Below, piece by piece: positions 1 to 10,300 of a DNA stretch of 64,000 nucleotides. The position numbers were made by a program, and so were the translations under genes. The number at the start of each line of letters is the position of its first letter. Within the stretch, counting starts at the first letter, position 1. Origin of the DNA: a bacterium. GTDB taxonomy: Bacteria > Patescibacteriota > Gracilibacteria > Absconditabacterales > Absconditicoccaceae. The notes below the pieces were generated by a model. That model made no database searches, was not told the DNA's origin, and saw only the letters and a list, made by a program, of their open reading frames with translations. The stretch lies in contig JAYSSF010000090.1 of assembly GCA_043720715.1 (NCBI GenBank), positions 2,020-66,019 of the forward strand, in the 5' to 3' direction.

Positions 1-64
1 ATAACACTCACCACCCCAAGATGCATAAGATCAAAATACCAATTACTACTGTAAATTGTTTCAT
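1..64 (-). CDS. 5' end of a CDS that runs off the left edge (hydrophobic N-terminus)
   Basis: Minus-strand ATG at 64-62 reads MKQFTVVIGILILCILGW-G(TGA)-VL to the window edge. Only 21 codons are visible. Confidence 0.3.
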
Positions 65-291
65 GATATTCCCTTGACTCGGCGTGATTGGCTTATTTGA
101 TTGATTGGTAATTGGTTTATTCCTAAATCATTTCATTGTTATGGTGAATGTTGAGTGATACAAAGTCAAATATTCACTATACGAATTACCCCCCAAATAT
201 CAACGCGGAAAACACCTCAAAATTTGACAGAATAGACAGTGATCTGTATAATTGTACTATGAAATTGCTGAAGAAAATAATCTCATGATGT

Positions 292-1248
292 ATGATTGCA
301 TGGCTTGGATTGATGCTGTTGGCGCCAGTCACACTGTTTGCACAGGACAAATTTACCGATGCGCTCGATAAATCTACGGTTCTCATCAAATCAAACCTTG
401 AGAACAACGCAAGCTACTCGAGCAGAACATCAACTAATACACTCAATAATTCTGCTAATTCATTTAGCGGGACTGCGCTATTTATTATTGATGTAGTAGA
501 AAAGTTTGTCTTTCCTTTGCTTATTGCGGCGTCTATTCTGACTGTCATTATCGGTTTGTATGATTTGATGTTTTCTGCCAAGGAAGATATCGAAAAAGGT
601 ACTAAATACATCATCTTTGGAGTATTGGGTATTATCATTATTCAATCTGCAAAATTTATCACATCGACGTATATTAGTATTATCACCAAGGTTGTACCAT
701 ATGACAATGCAAGTCAAACTATTAACTTTGCTCAGTCAGCCTATGAGATTTATAACCAGCTCATTATGCCGTTTATCAATGTATTTATGTATGTGGTGAT
801 TGGGACATTGTTTGTCATCCTGCTTGTACATGTGATGAGATTTATCACGAGCAGCGAAGAAGATGTTGCCACCAAGGCCAAGAGTATCATGATCTCCAAT
901 GTGGTCGGTATTATTGTGATTTTACTTGCCAAGACGATGGTCGAGACAATCTATGGTAAACAAGAGACTGTGATCCGTAGCTCTGCCGCGACCAATCTAT
1001 GAGACATTGGTACATGAGTATTGGCTGGAGCTGACTTTACTGTAGTGTTCTCAATTGTCAATTATGCGCTGGGATTCCTGGGATTTGTGATCTTGGTTAT
1101 TATTATCATTCAGACATATCAGCTTCTCGTCAACCCTACCAGCGATGAGCTTATCAAAAAAACCAAAACAAATCTGATGTATATTGTGATTGGTCTTGCG
1201 ATCATCGCACTCGCATATGTGATTGTTAACTTTATTATTGTACAGTAA
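292..1248 (+). CDS. membrane protein made of three tandem TrbC/VirB2-like (CPR 'T4SS pilin'-type) units, 318 aa
   Basis: Table-25 reading fuses track ORFs 292..1002 and 1021..1248, which share a frame. TGA at 1000-1002 and 1015-1017 is read as Gly; stop is TAA 1246-1248. Signal-like N-terminus MIAWLGLMLLAPVTLFAQD. Three units of TM helix, charged loop (AKEDIEKGTKY / SSEEDVATKAKS / TSDELIKKTKTN) and TM helix. The last unit ends ..NLMYIVIGLAIIALAYVIVNFIIVQ, typical of CPR pilin-like proteins. Confidence 0.75.
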
Positions 1249-1257
1249 ATTTGACTT

Positions 1258-1367
1258 CGTCATTGCGAGGCACGAAGCAATCCATTGAGTCAAGACTTTT
1301 TTAAATATGTATCTACTGGATTGCCGCGTCGTTTCATTGCATTCCACTCCTCGCAATGACGAGTGCT
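1258..1367. repeat. REP/MITE-like nested inverted repeat of the 'CGCAATGACGAG' family
   Basis: 1258-1289 (cgtcattgcgaggcacgaagcaatccattgag) is the exact reverse complement of a 32-nt stretch within 22569-22600. Arms cgtcattgcgagg (1258-1270) / cctcgcaatgacg (1349-1361) and gcaatcc / ggattgc (1318-1324) form a nested hairpin in the intergenic gap. Confidence 0.6.
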
Positions 1368-1399
1368 ATAAAAAAACCTTTATTCTCAACTTTATTCTC

Positions 1400-1978
1400 A
1401 TGACTACACTCATAAAATACACTCTCCTCACTATCTGTACCAGCATTATCGCGATGTGTGGGTTTGCTCTTATATCATCTCAGACTCATGCAGATGATCT
1501 TCTCGAAACTTCATATAAGCAAGCTAAGTACTTTGACTATGTGATCAATCCTGGTACGACTCGTGACAGTGTGGGTAAGGCCTTCCTCAGAAACAGCTAT
1601 ACGATCTGAGGCAAGACAGTCAAAGACCCGATCGTTGTCAGACTGATCAAATGGCTACTTGAAATCATTGTTATCTTGTGAGTACCATTACTCATCTTCG
1701 GGGGTATTAAATATATTACAGCAGCGTGAGATGAGTGAACTCAGAAGACGGCAAGAAGTTTTATGATCAATATTGTAATCGGTATCGTGCTTGCACTTTC
1801 AAGTTTAGCAATTGTAACATTCGTATCATCGCTCCTCAATGACAGTAGATTTGGACAAGATTTTGCTGATAATGCTGCTACTGCCCCAGCTACTACTAAT
1901 ACAGTTGCTCCTGGTTGAGCGTGAGGCTGATGATGAGGCTGATGATCTAATCAAGGTCAGTGAGAGCAGATACAATAA
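1400..1978 (+). CDS. secreted TrbC/VirB2-like pilin-type membrane protein with Gly-rich tail, 192 aa
   Basis: ATG 1400, chosen because the upstream part of track ORF 1307.. overlaps the REP-like element. Signal peptide MTTLIKYTLLTICTSIIAMCGFALISSQTHA. Core ..LIKWLLEIIVIL-G-VPLLIFGGIKYITAA-G-DE-G-TQKTARSFMINIVIGIVLALSSLAIVTFV. Tail APGGAGGGGGGGGSNQGQGEQIQ; stop TAA 1976-1978. Confidence 0.7.
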
Positions 1979-2014
1979 TCGATACATTTCTCTTTTTTTA
2001 GTAAATTCTATATC

Positions 2015-2281
2015 ATGAGTCATTTCAAAAAAATAAGAAAAAATACCAAAAATCTCTTTCGTGGTCTCTCTCTAGGACGAGATGAATATTTTCTGCGTAA
2101 TCTGACTGCATGAGTGTGAGTCATTATGATTTGGGCGGGCGTCCGGTGAATTCTTGATCTTTACCTCGTGCCATATGGGATTCAAGGTCGAGTTGTGTGT
2201 GTTTTGATCGGTATCTTGTTACTATATCTGATTGATGGAGATATTGGGCAGCTATGAGGTAAGAAGAAAGATGACGAGTAA
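2015..2281 (+). CDS. small hypothetical membrane protein, 88 aa
   Basis: ATG 2015, TAA 2279-2281, open only under table 25 with several in-frame TGA. Basic N-terminus MSHFKKIRKNTKNLFRG followed by two hydrophobic stretches (VIMIWAGV.., VVCVLIGILLLYLI). Confidence 0.45.
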
Positions 2282-2387
2282 TTTCCCTTTGGTATTTCTT
2301 CTATAATCATTATACTACTATCAAATTAGTAGTTCGACATCAGTTTTTCTACAAATTGACACTTCGCTGTGTCTTTTTTCAAACATT

Positions 2388-2440
2388 CCCTCACCCCAAC
2401 CCTCTCCCAACCCTCCCGACTGCATCGGTATTAGGAGAGG
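2388..2440. repeat. C/T-rich structured element in the typA leader
   Basis: ccctcaccccaaccctctcccaaccctccc... with a 7-bp stem CCTCTCC (2401-2407) / GGAGAGG (2434-2440). Its style resembles the C-rich/G-rich hairpins in the repeats at 40724-40864 and 41311-41430. Confidence 0.4.
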
Positions 2441-2475
2441 CGAAGATTCCTTTATTCTTGTCCTTGTCCTAAATT

Positions 2476-4269
2476 ATGTCTTTCCGTACCGTTGCCATTA
2501 TTGCCCATGTAGATCATGGTAAAACTACTCTCGTCGATGCATTGCTCAAGCAATCATGAGCTGTCAAAACTGAAGAATGAGCTGCCCTCATTATGGATAG
2601 TAATGATCAAGAACGTGAAAGAGGTATCACGATCTACTCCAAAAATACATCTGTCCAATATGGTGAACATACGATCAATATCATCGATACACCATGACAT
2701 GCTGACTTTGGATCAGAGGTAGAGCGTGTAATGAGAATCGTAGATACAGTACTACTCGTCGTAGATGCATATGAAGGACCTATGCCTCAGACCAAATTTG
2801 TTCTTAAGAAGGCCCTCGAACTTGGTCTTAAGCCAATTGTTGTGTTGAATAAAATCGACAAGCCATCAGCTCGCCCAGAATGGGTAATCAATGAACTATT
2901 CGACCTCTTCATCACTCTTGGAGCAACTGATGAGCAAGCTGACTTCCCAGTGATCTACGCGATTGCCAAGGAAGGTCAAGCATTCCTCAAGATGGATGAT
3001 CCTCGTGTGGACATCAAACCACTATTCGAAGAAATTATCCGTTTGGTGGAACCAGCTCCAGATAGATCATCTGAGCCACTACAATTCCAAGTTACAAATC
3101 TATGATATGATGAGTTTGTCTGACGTCTTGGTATCGGTCGTATCACATCTGGTACAATGAAGCCTGGTATGTGAGTACAGGTAGTCGATCTCGACGGCGC
3201 TCGTCGCAATGCGAAGATTTCTAAGGTATACAAGACTGTCTGACTCTCTCGTGTTGAGACAGCACTAGGGACGTCTGGTGATATTGTCACGATCGCAGGT
3301 ATCCCAAACATCTATGTCGGAGAGACAGTAGGTCTCGCATGAGTAGAAGCGATGCCAGCTACTAAGGTAGATGATCCAACTCTAACCATGGAGTTTGTAG
3401 TTAACGATAGTCCATTTATGGGTCGCGAAGGTAAGCTCGTCACATCCCGTAATCTCAGTGATCGTCTTCACAAAGAGCTCGAGACCAATGTTGGTATGCA
3501 GATCGATTTTACAGATCCTACTCGTTTTGTCGTATCAGGAAGAGGAGAGCTCCACTTGTGAGTATTGATCGAGACGATGCGTCGTGAGTGATATGAGCTA
3601 CAGGTGACTGCACCTCAGGTAATCACTCGTAAAGATGAAAAAGGTAAAACTAAAGAACCTTACGAATTACTCGTTATTACTGTGGCTGAGAGTCAGGTAG
3701 GAGCAATCATCGAAAATATCTCAAATCGTAAAGGTATTATGCAAGGTATGAATACAGAGCACGGTCAAACAATGGTTGAATTTATGATCCCAACGAGAGG
3801 ACTACTATGATTCAGGTCAGACTTTATCCTGATCACTAAGGGAGAAGGTATTATGTTCCACAGTTTTGCTCAGTATGATGATTGGGCTGGTGATATTGCT
3901 AAGCGCGATGTAGGATCCATGATCTCATCTGAGACTGGTAAAGTGATGAAATACGGTGTCTACAAGCTCCAAGATCGTGGACCAATCTTTGTCGAGCCTG
4001 CACAGGATATCTACGAAGGTATGATCGTGGGAGAGCATCTCAAGTGAGGCGATATGACTGTCAACTTGACTATCAATAAGCAGATGACCAATGTTCGTAA
4101 CGCTGGTAATGATGAAGCCATGAGACTCGAGCCAATCCGCAAGATGACGCTGGAGGATGCACTCGGATATATCGGTAATGATGAGTATGTCGAGATTACA
4201 CCGAAATCGATCCGTCTACGCAAGAGATATCTCACTGATACAGATCGCGCAAAAGCAAAGAAGAGATAA
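2476..4269 (+). CDS. typA: translational GTPase TypA/BipA, 597 aa
   Basis: ATG 2476, TAA 4267-4269. Joins same-frame track ORFs 2731.., 3352.., 3604.., 3853.. and 4054... Motifs [22 protein letters not shown]- and DTP-G-HADFG have Gly written TGA (2557-2559, 2695-2697). NKIDKP G4 motif is present. Confidence 0.95.
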
Positions 4270-4281
4270 ATTGATAAGAAT

Positions 4282-4339
4282 AAAAAATCTGACACTAATG
4301 TCTACCTTCATCAGGTATTCATTGTAGTTCAGATTTTTT
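4282..4339. terminator. bidirectional intrinsic terminator between convergent typA and giant gene A
   Basis: 11-bp arms aaaaaatctga (4282-4292) / tcagatttttt (4329-4339). These give an A-run before and a T-run after the hairpin on both strands. Confidence 0.5.
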
Positions 4340-4351
4340 TGTTTTTTGATA

Positions 4352-7300
4352 TTAGAATACTTGTTGTAATGCTACGATAATCTTACGATAGAATGAGCTT
4401 GATGTCTCTTGTGTTGTATCGCGATCCCATGAGCGAGACTGTAGTTTTGGATCCAATCTTCTATTGGATACACGAGGAGCTGCATCCCAAGTTGGCTCAT
4501 ACTCATCCAAGATGCTAGGATCTTGAAGCATCTCTGGTGTAATGATCCAATATTTCTTAAGGATAATTGGTTGGCCTGACCTGCCTCATGTTCCATTTGA
4601 TCCTGTGCTTATGATTCACATCTTGTCAAGATCCTTAGCGAAGATTCTACCATCAGTTCATGGTTTTTTATCCCAAGGTCTAATCACAATAATACGACCA
4701 TCTTCCCCGATCTGGATAGACACGACTTGGTCAGATCATGAGCCAGTTTCTTGTTTTTTAGTCGGAATTATTTGGCTTCATGTAGCTATGTCTCATGTAG
4801 TTGTAGTACTTCCACTTTGAATTACCACAACAGGAGGACGGCCTGAAGATCATCCTCATCCTCCAGTACGTCTGATAATATGTTGAGTAAGATAGGTATT
4901 GAAGGAGGCAGAATTATCTGGATCAACGTAGAGGCATGGTGAAGCTGTAGTGTGAGTTGTGAAATTAGTGATTCATCAAACTCTTACCTGATACCATCAA
5001 GGAATAAGTCAGCCAAACTGATATCATCCATAGTAGTCTGTTTGGGTTTGTTGCACAAGGAAGTTTGTTGGAGACATTCATCCACTATTCTGACAGTGGT
5101 AGAGTCAAATATTCATCCCATCGACTGTATTTTCTCCAGTTTGTTTTGTATTATCACCATTTGTATCAAACCAAGTTTGACCACTTATCTTAGAGTTTGT
5201 ACCAGAGGCTACATATTTTAACTTATATCAAGGTATAATTCATCGCAATCATGCTGTGTATGTATTATTAGTTTCGACATATGGGTCATCAATATTAAAA
5301 TCATAGGCTCAGTATAGATTAATTGCCGAATTGGCTGTGGAGCCATATATGATATTATAGATATATAGAGCCATATCATATGATGCTTGAGACTGAGGAT
5401 ATCCGTTTTTAAAGATAGCTTCAATTTGAATATTATTAGTTCATGTTGTAAGCAATATATCTACAGGTATAGCAACGGAAGTATAGTTACACCTAAATCT
5501 CATCTGATAATCAACACATCACCCTGTATTTTCACTATTGAGACATTGATATCATTTACCTCTCGTGGTTTCGATGTAGTGCACTTTCTGACCAAGTTCT
5601 TCTGGAGTTTTTGCATCACTAATACTAACAATCTGTATTTGACCAGCATTTAAGTCACATTGGTTACCAAAATGGTTTCCGCTCATATTCGGTTGAGTTG
5701 TATCGATAAACTCATAATCTCCACTGCCATCAGGGGTGTCAGCACTATACCGTATTCACCAATCATTATAGCCTTCACCATAAGTATCGATGGTAGAGCC
5801 AGAGATAATCATAGATTCATTAGTTGTCTGATTGGTAACTTTGATTGTAGAAATCATCTGAGACAGATCAGATTCACTAGCACCGATTATTTTACTAATA
5901 TTGATGGTTATAGACTTGATAGTGTCAATAGGAGAAGATCATGAATTATAAACACCAAAGCGATTTGTAATGACATAATCTCACTGAGATCGTGTTTGGA
6001 GTCATGTTTGATATGATATGATTGAGGGATAATTATTGATAATAGGAAGATCGCCATATCATGGATAATTATTTTCAGAAACTCTAAAGCATCCTTTGTA
6101 GTCATATACTGACTTAAATCAGTCAATTCATCATGCCTTGATTTTATACCGGCCATCTAGTAGTCCTGTAAATGTGTATCATCCATAATAATCTGTTGTA
6201 GTTGAGGCAATAGCTGCATCAGTACTATCACTATCGCAGCGATACAGATATACATTCATCCCATCCACCGTATTTTCGTTGCCGTCATAGTTCCAGTTCA
6301 TATCATCATCGAAATATGCTCTTCACTCAACAGTATAGTTCTGAGTAGTGATGGTTTGATTTGATGAACCCCTATAGAGCATTAGAGCTAGCTCATATTT
6401 AGTCATAGGACGATCAAGATCGAAACAATCTGGTTCATTTGTGATGCCATTTTCTTGTGCATAGGAGCAGTAGTCACTATATCGAGGGCTAATATATGAT
6501 CCATCGCTTTGGAATCAAGTCATCATTTTTACGAGTGCAGTAATAAGACTTGCCTTAGTATAATTACCAGTTCATATAAATGATCAGTAGTTATAGCGAG
6601 TCAGTCATTTCTGACATAATTCTTGTACATGAGTACGATATCATGTTTGTATTGTTTCAAGGTTATCAAAGTCGCAAATATTGTAGCTATTATTGAGTCC
6701 ATAGACACCACTTGCATACATATTTATCATCTGAGCAGCTTCCTCGTTGGTGATAGTAGCCATTGGTTGGAATTGATATTCTGTATTATATTGAGTGAGA
6801 CCACTAGCATACATCCACTGTAATGCATCCGTAAATTCAGGATCATTTATACTAAATTCATTGAGATATGCATCAAATTCTACAGTTTCATTATGATTGA
6901 TAAACATACACAAGGACTCAGAGGTAGATATATCAAACCCAGGGATACCACCAAATCTTACCTGATAGAATCATGCAGCAACTCCACTAAACTGATATCA
7001 TCCATAGTAGTCCGTCTGAGTTTGTGTGATAAGTCTATTACTTGATTGTAGTCTATTACAAGCATATAAGAAGACATTCATTCCATCGACTGTATTTTCT
7101 CCAGTTTGTTGTGCTCCATCAGTATTACTATCAAACCAAGTCTGACCTTGAACTGTACTTTGAGCTGATACTAGTCATAGATTATAATTCCAAGAGTCTG
7201 ACGCAGTGTGGATTGATCTACAGTTCTCGTTTTCGATTGAGTCTGGGTTGGAGAACGTGGGGATTGATCATGCAGTCACAATATATGATCCACTTGCTGG

Positions 7301-10300
7301 TATGGTAAACTGATATCATCCATAGTAGTCTGTTTGTCCAGATACTACTGTCTCGACTGGTATATTATTTTCACATCTGACGAGATACATATTCATCCCA
7401 TCGACTGTATTTTCTCCAGTTTGTTGTACTGCATCATTATTGTCATCAAACCAAGTAGAGCCGTTGACTTGTGCTTTACTCAGGAGTGTAAAGTCGATAC
7501 CAGTAGATCCTGCTTGTACGCAAACATGGTTGTTGTGAGAGTATCTGTTTCATGCAGCTTCAAACCCAGAAATACCACCAAATCTTACATTGTAGAACTT
7601 TCATACTTCAAGTCAGCTAAACTGATATCATCCATAGTAGTCGGTCTGAATCTGTGCAAGCATATTGTTGGTTGGAGTGTTTCCTTGTGCGCTGAGCTGA
7701 GCCATAAGCTCTTCGGCTCCCGATGGGTAATAGATTCCATTATCATCGGTATTACACTCATATAGGAACACATTACCACCATCGATAGTGTTTTCAGTTC
7801 ATGAATCATAGACTCCATTATACTGAGTCTCAAACCATGCTTGACCTTGGATAGTAGTACCAGTACTGACTGAGCCAGAGATTGTATGTGTTATGGTCAT
7901 GATTTCATCTGGGCCAGTCGGTGTACTGAGATCATCTACAGGAGTAAGTTTGACCATATTGGTGCCTCAGGTATAGAGATTAATCTCACCAGATCATATG
8001 GTACCCAATATTGTACTTATTTTAGTGTAATCCATTTCTGTATCTGCATTTTTTGTGTAGATTTCTACTTTGTTGATTCATGTGCCTGGTGTCCAAGTAA
8101 TAGTATAAGAATTTGGATCGCTAATACTTCTAATATATCATACAGGGGAAATGGATATACTCGGTGCCTGGTAATAGTTATTGCTCAGATCGTAGCTTAC
8201 ACCACTCGCGATAAATTGATCTTCGAGTCCTGCAGGTAAGATAGCATTGAAGCCACTATCTGCATTGAGTTGATTATTTTGTACATAAAATCAGTTTAAA
8301 ATTGGCAAGAGGGCAATTGAAGAAGGGATTGATCATGAAAAATTATTATCATTAAGATAAAGAGACCATAATCTACTTAAATTTCAAATTTCTACAGGGA
8401 TTGGTCATGAGAAATTATTATTACGAAGCGAGACAAATGTAAGACCAGTTAAGTTAAATATTTCTGTTGGAATCGGTCAATAAAAATCATTATTTTGCAA
8501 ATCAAGTGCATCAAGATTTACTAAATTTCAAATCTCAGTAGGAATTTCTCCTGATAGATTATTAATGCCCAAGCCTAATAATTTGAGATTTACTAAATTT
8601 CCAATCTCAGCAGGAATCACCCCCAATAAGTTATTGTTTTGAGCATCAAAATCTGTAAGATTTACTAAATTTCAAATTTCTACAGGAATAGACCCAGAAA
8701 GACCATTAGAGGAAAGGTTTAAATTGCTTGCATTTCCACCAGAAAGTTGAATTCAATACCAATTCTCCACATCAGTATCTATACCCCATCCTCCAGTGTT
8801 AGTCCAGTTGGTTCCATTGGTAGAGTTGTACAGCGCCATGAGTGCTTCACACTGGATCTGTGGGATATTGGTCGTAGTACAGAAGGTGCTAACAGTTACT
8901 GTTCTGACATCGCTGCCAGTATTGCCTGCTGTGTCAGTATAGCTATACTCAACATAATATGTTCATGTGTTGTTAGTATCTACGGTTCAACTTACTAGTG
9001 TTGATCCGCTTCCATCGACGACATCAGTCCATATTGCTCATGATTCATTATATATTCATCATTGAGAGATAGTCATATTAGCTGATCCAATGATTGAGAT
9101 AATCGGAGCAGTAGTATCAACTACGGTAACTTCTCTTGTCTCAATACTACTATTACCAGCACTATCTACTTTTTGATATTGGATATAGTAGACTCAAAGC
9201 TGACTGGTATTTACGCTTCCACTTACTGCAAATGATCATGTTGCTCACCAAACTCATACAAATGCAGATCCGCTTCCATCGGCAAGATCAGTCCACGTCG
9301 CTCATGAGTCAATATATGTAGTTTCTATCTCAATTATACTACTAGTAGATCCAATGATAGCAACACTAGGAGCATCAAGATCTATAATATCTATTGTCCT
9401 GATCGCACTACCAGTATTGCCCGCACCATCCGTATAACTATATTCAATATAATATGTTCATAATGCATTAGTATCTACACTTCAACTCACGAGCGTAGAC
9501 CCGCTTCCATCGACAATATCAGTCCACGTCGCTCATGATTCATTATATACTCATCACTGAGGGATAGTCATATTAGCTAATCCAATGATTGAAATGACCG
9601 GAGCAGTAGTATCAACTACGGTAACTTCTCTTGTCTGTTGTACTCAGGTATTGCCTCAGGCATCAGTATAGTCATAGGTGAGGAGATAGCTACCAGGTAG
9701 AAATATATTAACCGTTCAGCTAGCAGTGATAGGTCCTACTCCAGCAACATCATCATTATAGAGCGCTCCCGAATCAATATAGACGTCTCCAGCTTCAATA
9801 GTGATTGTGCCTGATCCGTTGAGAGTGATAATTGGGATGGTATTGTCTATCACATTAACTGTTCTGTTGATAGTAGTACTAGTATTTCCAGCAGCATCCT
9901 GATAGCTGTATGTTACAGTATGAGATCATATAATATTAGGAACACTATCAGAAGTATAAACAATTCATGAACCATCTCTTGCATCAGTCCATGTAGCTCA
10001 TGAGTCGCTAAAACTACCATTATATCCTATATTGACAGTAGAGTCGCCAATAAGAGAAATCACTGGAGCAGTAGTATCTTGTACTGTCACAGTTCTTGTA
10101 GCATATCATGTATTGCCCGATGGATCAGCATACTCATAGTATATAAAGTAGTCTCAAAGTATCATCGTATCAACAGTTCCACTGCCTACAAGATCAAATA
10201 CTGTGCCAGTACTATTATCAGATGCTGTAGCTCCAGCATCAGTATAGATCGCTCCAAACTCAATATTCATCGCTTGATCTCCGCTAATGGTAATGACTGG

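Noticed and set aside
1307-1399. Upstream extension of the second pilin gene (the track ORF starts at 1307).
   Set aside because: The extension translates the REP-like palindrome (..SLHSTPRNDEC..), a typical spurious reading. ATG 1400 gives a proper signal peptide.
2476-4269. typA, metG, glyQS, valS and pilT appear as strings of short ORFs, which could be read as pseudogenes or a degraded genome.
   Set aside because: All fragments of each gene share one frame. The only interruptions are TGA, and these align to conserved Gly. The genes are intact under table 25.
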